From Nemertoderma westbladi (lineage: Eukaryota; Animalia; Xenacoelomorpha), in assembly GCA_032718475.1 (NCBI GenBank), contig JAUCBJ010007707.1, positions 1 to 64,000 of the forward strand: a stretch of 64,000 nt of DNA. The letters run 5' to 3'. The position numbers and the translations under genes are program-made. Shown one piece after another: positions 52,274 through 63,991 of the stretch (positions are counted from its first letter, which is position 1; the number at the start of each line of letters is the position of its first letter). The notes under the pieces are model-generated. The model had not been told where the DNA came from. It was given only the letters and a program-made list of their open reading frames with translations, and made no database searches.

Positions 52274-55200
52274 ATGTCTGACGCAAAGCAGAACCTGTCA
52301 GACAGTCTACTAGATACAACCGAGAGTGAAGTGACAGCAGAGAAACCGCATAAGAGGGATGCCATTGACATCTATCTGTCAGACTATCAGCGTTTTTTGG
52401 GAGATGAAGAGTTGAGGAGAAGGCTAGAGGGACTTAGCCCTAATAGCGAAGGAGCCAAACTCGTGTTAGATGCGATTGATGTGGATAGGTTAGCGGCGAA
52501 CCAAGCTAAATTCGATGAACAACTCCGCATCGCTAGAGAACAAGAAGAACAAGTAAAGAAAAAACGTATAGAAGACAGAAAGATAGCAGCAGTGGCAGAG
52601 GCGGAAAGAAAAGCGACCTTGGCAGAAGCAGCGGCAGAGGCAAAAGCGGCAGCAGCAGAAGCAGAGGCAAAGGCAACAAAAGCAGCAGCAGAAGCAAAGG
52701 CAGAGGCAAAAGCGGCAGCGGCAAAAGCGGCAGCGGCAGAGGTAAAAGCGGCAGCGGTGGCGGAAGCAGAACGGAGAGCATCTGAAGAGGCAACCCAACT
52801 AGAGTTGGAAAATCTTCAAGAGAGGCAAGACAACTTCAATAAACAGTTAACAGCTAGTAATATGCAGATGATGAGTCGATCTACTCCCAAAAGACAGGGA
52901 TATACATCATCGGAGGAAGGCGATACCACCGATACTGAAGGCAAAGGAAATAGATCTCGTCTAAGCAGACGTAAAAGAACATTCCACCGTCAGAAATTGC
53001 CTGATTTGCCTCCAGCTGTTAGAAGGCAACTAAATAACACCAACTTAGGTAGTACAGAGCCCACAGACCAAATAATTAAAATAGAAAGACTCCCTACTAT
53101 AGTGGATGAGCCTGAAATAAGTAGGCCTGTTCTTGAAATCACCCCTACGGTAATAGATACATCTGTGCTCCCTGAAGCTACCTATAAATTCCCTCTACAT
53201 AGCACTAAGCTACCTGTGCCCCGTAGGACTGCCCGAGAGACAGTTCAGGTCCTGGACCCCGAGCGAAATATTCCGAATTTGTCGCCCGTTGTCCCTTGTC
53301 TGCCCGCTACGACGTTGGCGGATCCCGTTTCGGCGGTTGATTGGGTAGACGAGAGACGGCGGTGGATGGATATTCTCCTCGGAGAGATGAAGGAGAATCG
53401 GATACGCTCCTCCCAACAGGTCCGAGAGTTGGAAGGGACTGTCCAACATTTAAAGGGAACAGTGAGGGAAAGCAAGTTGGAGTTGCAAGAAGTGCAGCAA
53501 AATATCGCGCTAGAGCGCGATAAATTAGTAAGTTTACAAAAGGGTATACCACCACCCTCTGTAACAATGTGTCAACCTGTTAGGTCTGAAGTATTGCATG
53601 CGCAAGGTGTGGAGCCTACACGCATATATACTGCTAGCGAAGTAGAAACTCCTATAGTGAACCCTATTAAGGGTAATTATAGACCTGTTGATAATGATAT
53701 TCCCTATAGAACTGATCATAATCCGAGAAATTTATATACCGATAACTCGATATTAAATAGCACGATGGCCCAAGAAAGTTTTACGCGTCAAATGGCTAGA
53801 ACCGAAGCCCGGCAAGCGGTAAAGGTTGGAGAGATTGTCAAGTTCAATGGAGATGAGATGAAATGGTTACCTTTTAATGAATATTACAAAGATAACATAC
53901 AGAACTCTGTACTATCTAATGGAGAGAAACTTAGATTCCTCATCGAATGTTTGGAAGGACCTCCCAAGTCAATGGCGTTAAAATTTATTGGACATCCAGA
54001 TGGATTAAGACAAGTTTGGGATACACTAAACATCAGGTATGGTAATAGGAATGACATAGCTGGGTATTTGTATGCAAAATTAATGGCGCCCCGAAAGTTT
54101 CTTAGCAGCGGGATTATAGAGTTTTCCGATGAGATTCAGGAGATCTGTAGACAATTAGATTGGCTAGGTAAGTCTCATGAATACCAGAATTCTATGGTTG
54201 TAAGAGCCTTAGCATCTGCTTTGCCCAAGGGTGGAGTAGGTACACGCTGGGATAAGAAGGTGTTATATATGATGGAACAACAACGACGAGACCCTACCAT
54301 GACTGATCTCATGTCATTCTTAGATAGAGAAGTGAAATTACAGCTCCTAAGGCAGTCCAGAGAGAAGACATTGGAAAACAAGGTAAGTGAGAAACCCGTT
54401 TCTAGGAGAAGGGTAACACCAGTATGTTATACCGACGACGGTGAAAGCCAAACCTCTCAAGGAGAGGACAGCGGGAAAGACACTGACAGACCTTATTATG
54501 TCAATAAAATGCCTAAAGAACAGGTAAGTAAATCCAAGTCTCGACCCAATGACAGAAGGGAACCGATACAAAAAACCCCTCCTACGTCTCCTAAAGGAAT
54601 TCAGGTGAGAAAGCCCGAGGAAAGAACAAGTGTGCACCACATAGCACAGGTTAAAGTAAGTAACATCAAGCCGAAATGTGTGCTGTGCGACGGGCCCCAC
54701 CGTTTAAATGCGTGTGATAAATTCCTGAGGAAATCACTCGAGGATAGACGTGAAGTCATGTGGGATAAGCGGTTGTGTTATAATTGCCTCAGACGAGGAC
54801 ACCAACGGCGAACCTGTAACTCCGACGCAAGGTGTGCAAAGTGCGGCGCAAAACATCATATCTTGTTGCACACGGAATTCGAACGAAACAGCCCGAGTCA
54901 GGTAAGTGAGTCCGAACCACATGTCCAATTCAGTGATGTGAACGACACTGATCAATCTGAGATGGAAGGATTCTATACGGACGAGTTCTCCGACCAAAAC
55001 GAATCCTGTTACCTAATAAACACCACCGCAGTGTATCGAGCACTCGTGTATGAGAAAGACACAGACGGCGACCTTACCTTAACTACTTCCGATCAACAAC
55101 CATCTTGGAAAGCGCCAACTTCCAATATAGGGATCCGAGAGTTTCCTGTGGTGCAGGTAAGGGTGCACGGACCTAAACGGAGTTATGTAGTGAACGCCCT

Positions 55201-56419
55201 CCTGGACTCCGGCAGCACAGGAACATTCATCGATAAAGAGCTAGCCGAAGATATATTTGCTGGACAGCCCAAGTTCCAAACTAAGCTCAACATGTCTGGC
55301 ATTATGCAAGTTTGGAAATCTACAATAACAGCTGCTGATTATTATGTAGGCGCGTTGTCCACCCCACAAGACGAACTAGGAGAACACAGCATAAGGTCAG
55401 TGAAAATGGTGGCTATAAAGAACTTCGCTACTACTCAAGCAGACCTTTATAATTGGGACGAGGATGAGAGCATACAACATCTTAACATACCTCGATTCCA
55501 GACTGATTATCCTGGAGTGCAAATACTCATCGGCCAAAACGCGCATGAGGCGCTGGAGACATTAGAGAAACGACCTGCTCAACCGCAGCCACTACAGACC
55601 TATGCGGTAAGAACTAGAGTAGGTTGGTACCTTACTGGACCTTCCCGTAGAACGCTCAGGGAAAGACTGCTTCAAGATCGTGTCTGCCAGGTGAGTGAAT
55701 GGGAAGACGATACTAGTGAGGGAGACGACCCAACTGAGGGAACACCACACTCCTCAGATAATGACAATCTTAGCTCCAATGTAGATCAATGGAGATATTG
55801 CCCCAAGAAGTTTAATCCAACGGACATCGCTTCCAGAGGAGCAACTCCTCAAGAACTGACAGATACTATAGACCGGTTAGGTGAACCCGACTTCCTGAGT
55901 AAGGAGAATGAATGGCCTCCCCATCTTACTCCGACTGAGATTAGACCAGCCAAGGGAGCGGAGAAAGTCGAACCTGAAACCCGGACGGGTGGATCGGAGT
56001 TATTTGAACCCGGGATAGATCTGTCGGTATTACATGTTGCCAGGGACGACGCCGTGGATCTGGGCCTCCCCTCCGCGAGTGGATCCTTCATGAAGATCAG
56101 AGAGAGCGATTGGAGCTCTGGAACATCAGACGTCTCGCAGGGACTCTCACCTCTCCTGCAGAGAGCGACGGACCACTATAGCTCCTGGAATCGGCTTTGT
56201 GACGCCGTCATATACTTTGAGCGATGTTTCTATCGTCACTATTCCAGGACGAAGAGGAAACCTGGAATTGTATTCAGGATGCAGCGACTCAATCACCCAG
56301 TCGGTCGTTTGTGTTTATCGGAAGGGAATGGAGGACTCTCCGGAAACTGTGGAAGACAAGATTCTCTTCCCACGACCACCTCCCTAATCCTTCAAACATC
56401 TAGGGACTCCATAACGTAA
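52274..56419 (+). CDS. Element B Gag-protease polyprotein (1381 aa) with RT, most of RNase H and integrase deleted in frame
   Basis: Ala-rich coiled coil, BEL Gag core, three zinc knuckles and LLDSGS. It then runs directly into QWRYCPKKFNPTDIASRG and the extreme pol C-terminus. No RT YxDD motif or integrase DDE core. Confidence 0.9.
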   Translation: MSDAKQNLSDSLLDTTESEVTAEKPHKRDAIDIYLSDYQRFLGDEELRRRLEGLSPNSEGAKLVLDAIDVDRLAANQAKFDEQLRIAREQEEQVKKKRIEDRKIAAVAEAERKATLAEAAAEAKAAAAEAEAKATKAAAEAKAEAKAAAAKAAAAEVKAAAVAEAERRASEEATQLELENLQERQDNFNKQLTASNMQMMSRSTPKRQGYTSSEEGDTTDTEGKGNRSRLSRRKRTFHRQKLPDLPPAVRRQLNNTNLGSTEPTDQIIKIERLPTIVDEPEISRPVLEITPTVIDTSVLPEATYKFPLHSTKLPVPRRTARETVQVLDPERNIPNLSPVVPCLPATTLADPVSAVDWVDERRRWMDILLGEMKENRIRSSQQVRELEGTVQHLKGTVRESKLELQEVQQNIALERDKLVSLQKGIPPPSVTMCQPVRSEVLHAQGVEPTRIYTASEVETPIVNPIKGNYRPVDNDIPYRTDHNPRNLYTDNSILNSTMAQESFTRQMARTEARQAVKVGEIVKFNGDEMKWLPFNEYYKDNIQNSVLSNGEKLRFLIECLEGPPKSMALKFIGHPDGLRQVWDTLNIRYGNRNDIAGYLYAKLMAPRKFLSSGIIEFSDEIQEICRQLDWLGKSHEYQNSMVVRALASALPKGGVGTRWDKKVLYMMEQQRRDPTMTDLMSFLDREVKLQLLRQSREKTLENKVSEKPVSRRRVTPVCYTDDGESQTSQGEDSGKDTDRPYYVNKMPKEQVSKSKSRPNDRREPIQKTPPTSPKGIQVRKPEERTSVHHIAQVKVSNIKPKCVLCDGPHRLNACDKFLRKSLEDRREVMWDKRLCYNCLRRGHQRRTCNSDARCAKCGAKHHILLHTEFERNSPSQVSESEPHVQFSDVNDTDQSEMEGFYTDEFSDQNESCYLINTTAVYRALVYEKDTDGDLTLTTSDQQPSWKAPTSNIGIREFPVVQVRVHGPKRSYVVNALLDSGSTGTFIDKELAEDIFAGQPKFQTKLNMSGIMQVWKSTITAADYYVGALSTPQDELGEHSIRSVKMVAIKNFATTQADLYNWDEDESIQHLNIPRFQTDYPGVQILIGQNAHEALETLEKRPAQPQPLQTYAVRTRVGWYLTGPSRRTLRERLLQDRVCQVSEWEDDTSEGDDPTEGTPHSSDNDNLSSNVDQWRYCPKKFNPTDIASRGATPQELTDTIDRLGEPDFLSKENEWPPHLTPTEIRPAKGAEKVEPETRTGGSELFEPGIDLSVLHVARDDAVDLGLPSASGSFMKIRESDWSSGTSDVSQGLSPLLQRATDHYSSWNRLCDAVIYFERCFYRHYSRTKRKPGIVFRMQRLNHPVGRLCLSEGNGGLSGNCGRQDSLPTTTSLILQTSRDSIT

Positions 56420-58074
56420 CAACATATGGAGTGGGTGTGTGACTCTATTATTTTATATTATTTTATTATTTTTATATTTCTGTATGTATTACTATGTAAT
56501 TTTATTATAATCGTTTTCTTTAATTTTATTCAGTAGAATGTTATTTTAGCGATTATTTAGTAGATTAGTGCAATATATATTCGCGTTTATTACTTAATTA
56601 CGTATATATTATATTTAATGCGACGGCAAGAAATAATTCTTTTCCTCTTTCCTTACTGTCCGTATCATATTATAAATACGTGACTACAGTAAGATGAAAT
56701 GTCCGTACTTATTAAAGTACAATAAAGCCACTACTATATTTAAGTATTATTGGTAGGCAGAGTATTAGGAATGCAAAGTTCAGATCCTCGTGTCTCGGCT
56801 AAACCAAGCTCTGGGTAGACCTTGGAAACGACTTGCCTCTTCACACTGACATTGCTTCGTGCGATATTGCTCTCATACCGTATATTAAATAATACATATA
56901 GTAGCGTGATGTCTCTTTAACAGTAGCGTGTAACGCAAAATAAATCTGTTAAACCCTTTGACCATCTGTAATTCTAGTCGATTAAGATATCGCGGCACCC
57001 ACCGATATCCTTGAAAGACAAATTCTAGAATCAGTGGTTAACGTCCCCAGACAAGTTCTGGAATAAATCGGTGCCCATCTCAAATATTAATTAGTTAATA
57101 TTTACAAATCAAATAAGTCAAAATCTGTAAAATCCAGATCCTTCAACAATTCTAGTCAATTAAGATATCGTAGCATTTACCGATATTCTTAAAGAGACAA
57201 TTTCTTAGAATTAAGGATCTTGTGCCCCTAGACATGTTCTAGAATCAAAATATGTCCATTTAATTATCAAATAATAAAATTTCAGGGAATAAATTTAAAT
57301 TCATGCCTTTTAATGAATTTAATAAATTGCCATTTTACGCAATTTATAAAGTTCCCAAAATTCCATTAATTAATAGATCAAGGGAGCGGAGATTTATCTT
57401 ATCATGCGTATGAGAGTGTGAAAGTCTCCCAAACATAGTTAATAGCCGATAAAATTCTTAAAGTCATGTATAAACAGGACATTGACTATTAAAGAATTCC
57501 TATTAAATAACATCCCAGATCTGTATGCATTGGAATTACTCTAATTCTACCGCTAGCTTTGCATAATGTCACCATAGCAACAACCACGCTAGAATTAGAA
57601 TTGAGTTAAAAGAACAATAGAAAGCTTGTCCCATTGAATAGCATAGGGAATAAATAGCGCACTACTAGTATCCAAGGATACATAATAATACAGTGACATT
57701 CTGGAAGGCATTGACTAACGGACAAATGGCTCGAATGTGTGTAATTTGTGACAAGTTGTGTGTGTGGTATTTGTGAGTTTATAGGTGAATGTTACTGCTA
57801 AGGTGTGTTTACAGTAGCCAGTAGCAATCGTAAAGTAACCTAACTCTCCAAGGAATACCTGAAGTACATCTAAGTCTTTGGGACGGACAGTCGAGTGACT
57901 TGTGCCGGTTGTCGTTGTCGTTGTGCGGCTACGTCGTTGGCGAAAGTACAGCGGCGACGACACATCGGCGCTGAGGATCTCGTACTGTCCGGGGGTTAAT
58001 TGGAGTAGGCAGCGACGCTCGCTAGCCTGAATATAAACTCCTTATAATGTGGATAAACTCATATATAGCAGACA

Positions 58075-58379
58075 TGACGGAGTTGATGGAAGATGTTCTT
58101 GGTATCGGGGAGCGATATACTCTACTTTTGCAAGCGTTTGTTGATAGCTTAATACGCGGCGACGTTAGTCCAACTGCTGCGGAGGACGATGGTCGTTATA
58201 TCGAACCGCCAATGTCCCAAGAGCAGCTCACGCGTGAGTTGGACTATAGAAAATTCGCTGCTCGATATACGCGGCGTAATGGTATGTATATGGGCTTCTT
58301 AACTACTGGTCATCCTATCGATTTACACAATACGGACTATGTCGACTATATATCCTGCCCAGCGGAGTCGGAACCATAA
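58075..58379 (+). CDS. Homolog of the small acidic 3' ORF of element A (altered C-terminus)
   Basis: MTELMEDVLGIGERYTLLLQAFVDSLIRGD...TTGHPIDLH aligns to 30493-30879. Confidence 0.35.
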
Positions 58380-61300
58380 ACGGAAATTCGAATGCGAAAA
58401 TTCTATTCGAAATCGACTCGAAAGAAAAGACACTTAAGAAACAAATGGACGCGGTAACTCCAAAGTATATTTGGAATTCTTGATAGAAGCATTGTAACAA
58501 CAAATAAATGTCACCCGCGTTTACCCTACCAGACGTGCGTCTTTGGTATTATTACGATAAAAGCCCTAGACCCAAATAATAAACGGAAAGACATAAACAT
58601 CCATGTAAACCGAAACTTGTTGACGTATCACCTATGCTCACTCGGCTCGAACGATCCTGGAGTAAACCTACGATCAGAGTCCCGGAATACTCGGTCAAAC
58701 CTCCTCATTCCTTAGTTGGACCTCAGACCTGCGATCCTGGTGGTGTCGCGGATCCTCGCGGACGGTATTCACTGTTCAAGATCTAGTGCTACCCTAACAA
58801 TTAATCGGTAACACTCCGACAGTGATTTCTAGCTAGCCGCCCATCTTACCTAGCTGGATTATGACGCAGACACCTAATATCATTATCCAATCGTATGGTC
58901 GTCCACGTTTAACGCGATACAACCCCTCATCAAGGTGAAGGAGAGCGTTGTACGAAACGAGTTAAACGCTATTTTATAAAGATCAAAAGGGAAACCTGCG
59001 TTTGTTTAGATAAACGTAAGTTATAACAGTAAGTCCAATCGATAAACGAATTGGCCTTATCTCAATTCGATTGGGAAATCCAGAATCTCTAAGAAGTTAT
59101 CGAACTTGGACGATCCTATTCTCTGCGAGAGTTTTTGGATGAACGTATCCAGCTACGAGCGGAGGAAAATCAGCTCGAGGAGAAGCATATCGAAACGGCA
59201 GATACCCCGACCACAATCCTACACCTTCTGATGCAATCATATTGCACCCTTCACCCAGGAGTTATGGCCCTCCTAGTAAAGTGGCTCCCCCCAAAGAGAA
59301 AAAGACTCTTGCTAGCCTCAAAAAACTGCGTAAACGCCGTCTGCGTAAAAAAGACTAACTGTTTAGAGTATCTTTATGTTTTAGAAACTGTGATTTTTAT
59401 ATTTTATAGACTGAAAATCCCATTTTCTGGGAGCGGTGTAAAAGCTTTTACTGAATTGTCCGGTTATTTTGCCTTATTTTTCCCGTAAAGTACTCTGTAG
59501 TTGGTTTACCAGGCATAAAAAGGCCGTGTCCTTGCTGTACTGGTGTTTTAGCGGACATAAGAGCTATTTCTTCTGTATTTGTACTTTAGAGGACATAATC
59601 CGTAATTCCGTGACGTAAAAGCTCGATACTCTTGAAAACAGTGTCGCTACTGTAAAAGCCTTTGCTGAATTGCCCCGTTATTTTTATTATCTTTTACATT
59701 AAAATACTCCGTAGTTGATTTAATAAGTGTAAGAGACCGTATTATTGCTGTATCTGTGTTTTTAGAGGATCTAAGACCTATTTCCTCTGTATGTGTACTG
59801 TGAAAGGCATATTTTATGATTCTATGGCAATTCGTGACGCAAAAGGGTGATAGCTACTCTTGAACAGTAGTTACTATGACTACGGTTAACAGCTGACATT
59901 CATACGTGTTGATTTCCTTTGTTCTACGGCGTCTCTCAGCTCAGTCAGCCAATGAGAGCGTTTTTGTGGCTCCTTGTACAGAGAATTTCCGAGAAATGAC
60001 GCAATGCCTATGTGCAGTGCTTACATTCAGTCTTGAGCCAAAGAAAGAACGGCTTAGAAATATTTTGTGCTGTACTGCTTTTTAGTCGTACACTGGTAGG
60101 TTTAATTATAAAGGGCATATATCCTTTAACAAACGGACTGACGGAACTGCATGCCTATGTGCACTGACATACCGGTGCTGATTTGTTGTTTTATACTGCT
60201 ATTTGCTGTCAGTTCTTCATAATATGGTTGATGAATTATTATATTTGGAATAACGATAAACAACCCCGAAACCCAATGTTCTTGATATACCGAAGGTAAG
60301 AGAGAAGGGTTACAGATAAACGATTGTGACTTATGTTAAAGTGGTTTGAAGTGAATCTAATGTTATTTGATAGACCCTACATGAGTCAGCCTGTGTTCCT
60401 TTTATATGTGACTAAAATCAGTGAAGATTGGCAGATTAGTGTGCAGTATTGTGCAGCATAGTGTATGAGTGAGTCTGTTAAAGAAGCAATTCCTAAAGAA
60501 TGCGCCATATATGTGGATTATAATTAAGCCATATCGTTGCGAGTAGTTTAAGTCATAACTCTGTTTATGTAGATAAAGCGCCACGTCCTAAAGGAACTGT
60601 TAATATTACCGAAGGTGAATAATATTGTCAGAGATTATATAATACTGTCAGTCGAATAATACATTAGGCTTACATAGCAATAAAAATTAAACCGTCGAAC
60701 CCAATCTCCCGGGAATTTCCAGCGGGTGAATGGTCGCGCACGGATTGGTTTCGACTAGTGTAGTGAATCAAATACTTGTCATAGACTAAAAAGCAGATTT
60801 ATTATCTAGAAGACATTCTAATTTGGCGGGTTAAACTGCCAAAGGTCTGAAAGCGCGAACACTATCTGTGTTTACAGAACAATAATATTTTGTATTACTG
60901 TATGTACAATGTACATAGCAGAAAGATAATCCATTAACATTAACATATTACATTATGCATTATTGTCATCTATATAGATCATCATTATATTAGTATCAGT
61001 TTGGGCCAACGTTATATAATTTGCACATTATTCTATATTTTCACCTTGCTACTGTAGTGTATGTTTTAATGTTTCTGTTTGGGCAATTGTAACGGGCTAT
61101 ATTCCTTATGTTTTATTTAATATCTACTATTGATTTGTCGGATCTGCCTGTCCGAATTAAATATATATGATATGATATTATTCATTAAGTTAACTAATTA
61201 GTTAATAATATGCTATAACTATTCTGACAATATTCTGTATCATTTGGGGGCCGGGCCTACAAACATGCTGAGACTCGGAATAGATGTTGAGCCATCATAT

Positions 61301-62242
61301 AACAAACAAAACATGGGAATTCTACATCGGTGACCCGACGCCCCAAAACGGATTTTTGAGTTGGAACATGGCTGAACCACTCGCCAACTCGGTTTCACTT
61401 AAACTGCGAACGTGCCGCCCGACTCTGGGACTCGAATAGCCTCATTGACCGACGACCGACACTGTATTTTTTGTGTTAAACATGAGAGTTCTACAGTACA
61501 ATGTACAGTACATTATTATTATCTAATATCTCATAGTAACAAGGATTTGGTGGTAGGTGTGTTTTCGATGTGTTTGTTATCATAACTTTTTATACAGGTG
61601 AGACTTGTTCATAGGGCTCTTGACATTGAATGATAAAGTATTCTACCGAAAATAACTTGTGTATTTTATATATTTATGTTTAATATAGATTTTCAAAAAG
61701 AGTCAAGTAATAATAAAGCACTCAAAGATGGCTCAAATAGTCCTAAGAAGAATATCTGTAAAAATAATACAAATAATGTTAATAGTTTGTTAGGATAATG
61801 TATATAAAAATAAAGTGTGTCTACTTTAAATGTGGAAATAATGCATACAGTAGTATGTCGTTAATATAATAAAGATAGTCGTTCAATTTTATACTAATAA
61901 GGTGATAATTCGCATAATGTACATAATATATTTAGGTGTATTGTTTGTCATTAAATAAATATATATAATCAATCATGTCGATCTTTAAATGAGAAAATAA
62001 TACCAATCTTATTCTGGGATAATATATACAGATATATTCTGGGATAATGTACAAAGGTCTACATCTACTCTTATTAGGAAATAAAAGTCAGCTCACGGCT
62101 CATACATGTCAGTACTCGTCTCACTATAAACTAAGGTGTTACTTTTATACATACTGTAGTTTACTGCCATGTAGCTTATATACGGTACTTATTAATTTAC
62201 GTTTTGCCGTCGTATATTTTGGTATCAATTAACTGTTTGATT

Positions 62243-63991
62243 ATGACGTCACAATACATATTCCGGCAATTAACTAGAAAACTTTCTTCAATCAAAGGAC
62301 AGCCTAAATATCATAAAAATGTTCCCTTGACAACCAGTTACCTCCATCATCCCAAACAGACGCCTTATATGAGAAAAACCTTGGGGTTGTTACTGGAGGA
62401 GCGAGCTTTGAAAGGGAGAGATAAGGAAGCTTTTGTGTTCGTATCTGAAAACGTGCGGCTAACATTTGGCGAGATTCTAGAATCAGCTGATGAACTTGCG
62501 GCTGGATTCATAGAACTAGGGTTGGTACCTGGTGATCGTATTGGGATATATGGCCCCAGCTCGAAACACTGGATGATCGGGGCGTATGCAGCGGCCCGCT
62601 GCGGTTTGGTGGTTCTTAATCTTAATATAGCTAGTCCACCGCTGGAATTAGAAGCCGCATTGAAAGTTATGGGGGCCAAAGCAATACTTGCTGATACAGG
62701 AATAAAAAATATCGATTATTACCAAAATCTAACGTCCATTTGCCCCGAACTGTTAGATTCAAAACCTGGAAATTTGATTTCTGCACGTTTACCCGAATTA
62801 CAACATGTTATTTTTATGGATGAAGTTCAACGGCCTGGCTGTTTGATTCTAGACGAGATCCGTAATGCATCTGGCTCGGACTCAACGGAAAAAATATCGA
62901 AACTCCAATCAAAGATAAACCCAGACTCCACCTTGAATATACAATTAACCTCAGGAACAACAGGAGTACCGAAAGGAGTTCTTTTAACTCATCATCAACT
63001 TCTAGATAACATGTCTACCTTTGCGCGATGTATTGGATGCGATACGATTGATCACACAATAGCCTCACCATTACAATTCTTCCACGGATTCGGGTACGAT
63101 GGTGTTATCTGCATGAGCTTGGTGGCTAATGCACGAACCGTAGTCGCCACACCTATGTTTGATGCCATCAAGTTGATGGAAAGTATTGAGAAGGAGAGCG
63201 CGACGTTGTTGTTTGCTACTCCTACGATGTGTATGGACATGTACAACGACTCACGCAAGTACAATTTGTCCTCACTTGTTACTGCTGCCATCGGCGCTGC
63301 TCCTGTAGGGAAGGAGTTCTTTGCAAAAATCGCCAAGGAATGGGATATGCCATCAGCAGTACGCGGTTATGGAATGACGGAAGCTTCTATGGTAATAACT
63401 TGTGGAGATTACGATGATGTGGAAGAAATGAGATCTACGAAGGATGGCTATCCTCTTGAAGGAACTGAAGTTCAAATAGTAGCAGCTGATGGTAACGTGG
63501 CTGCGGTTGACACAATAGGAGAGTTGTGTGTACGGAGTTATATAATAAGTCAAGGCTATTGGGCTAATGAAGAGAAGACCAAAGCGGCGTTAAGTCCCAC
63601 TGGTTGGTGGCGTACCGGTGACTTGGCATCCATGGACTCCAACGGTTATGTAACTATTTGCGGACGCCTCAAAGATCTTATCATACGGGGTGGAGCCAAT
63701 ATATATTCCTTGGACTTGGAAGATTTGCTTTTAAGTCACCCAAAGATTCAACAGGCGTATGTTTTCGGCGTTCCAGACGAGCGATTGGGTGAGAAAGTAG
63801 CCGTGTCAGTTAAACTGACCCCAGGAGAGAATATGACGGAGGTTGAGGTGAAGAAATTCATGGAAGGTAAAGTATCCTATTACAAAGTGCCAGAACATGT
63901 CGAATTTAGAGAAGATTTTCCTATGACCGCATCTGGTAAGGTAAAAAAGCATGCTCTTTGTGATGAGATGGTTAAGAAATTTAATTTGTAA
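62243..63991 (+). CDS. ACSF2: AMP-dependent medium-chain acyl-CoA ligase, ACSF2-like, single coding exon
   Basis: Motifs LTSGTTGVPKG (P-loop), GYGMTE, RTGD, GRLKDLIIRGG.NIY, GVPDERLGE and GKVKK. First ATG at 62243; basic N-terminus resembling a mitochondrial presequence. Confidence 0.88.
   Translation: MTSQYIFRQLTRKLSSIKGQPKYHKNVPLTTSYLHHPKQTPYMRKTLGLLLEERALKGRDKEAFVFVSENVRLTFGEILESADELAAGFIELGLVPGDRIGIYGPSSKHWMIGAYAAARCGLVVLNLNIASPPLELEAALKVMGAKAILADTGIKNIDYYQNLTSICPELLDSKPGNLISARLPELQHVIFMDEVQRPGCLILDEIRNASGSDSTEKISKLQSKINPDSTLNIQLTSGTTGVPKGVLLTHHQLLDNMSTFARCIGCDTIDHTIASPLQFFHGFGYDGVICMSLVANARTVVATPMFDAIKLMESIEKESATLLFATPTMCMDMYNDSRKYNLSSLVTAAIGAAPVGKEFFAKIAKEWDMPSAVRGYGMTEASMVITCGDYDDVEEMRSTKDGYPLEGTEVQIVAADGNVAAVDTIGELCVRSYIISQGYWANEEKTKAALSPTGWWRTGDLASMDSNGYVTICGRLKDLIIRGGANIYSLDLEDLLLSHPKIQQAYVFGVPDERLGEKVAVSVKLTPGENMTEVEVKKFMEGKVSYYKVPEHVEFREDFPMTASGKVKKHALCDEMVKKFNL

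Larger units (their letters stand above)
46722..60861 (+). mobile_element. BEL/Pao LTR retrotransposon B; non-autonomous, young
   Basis: LTRs 46722-48146 and 59437-60861 (1425 bp each, TG...CA; only one mismatch noticed by eye). TSD CTATC at 46717-46721 and 60862-60866. PPT-like GGGAGCGG before the 3' LTR. Confidence 0.96.
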
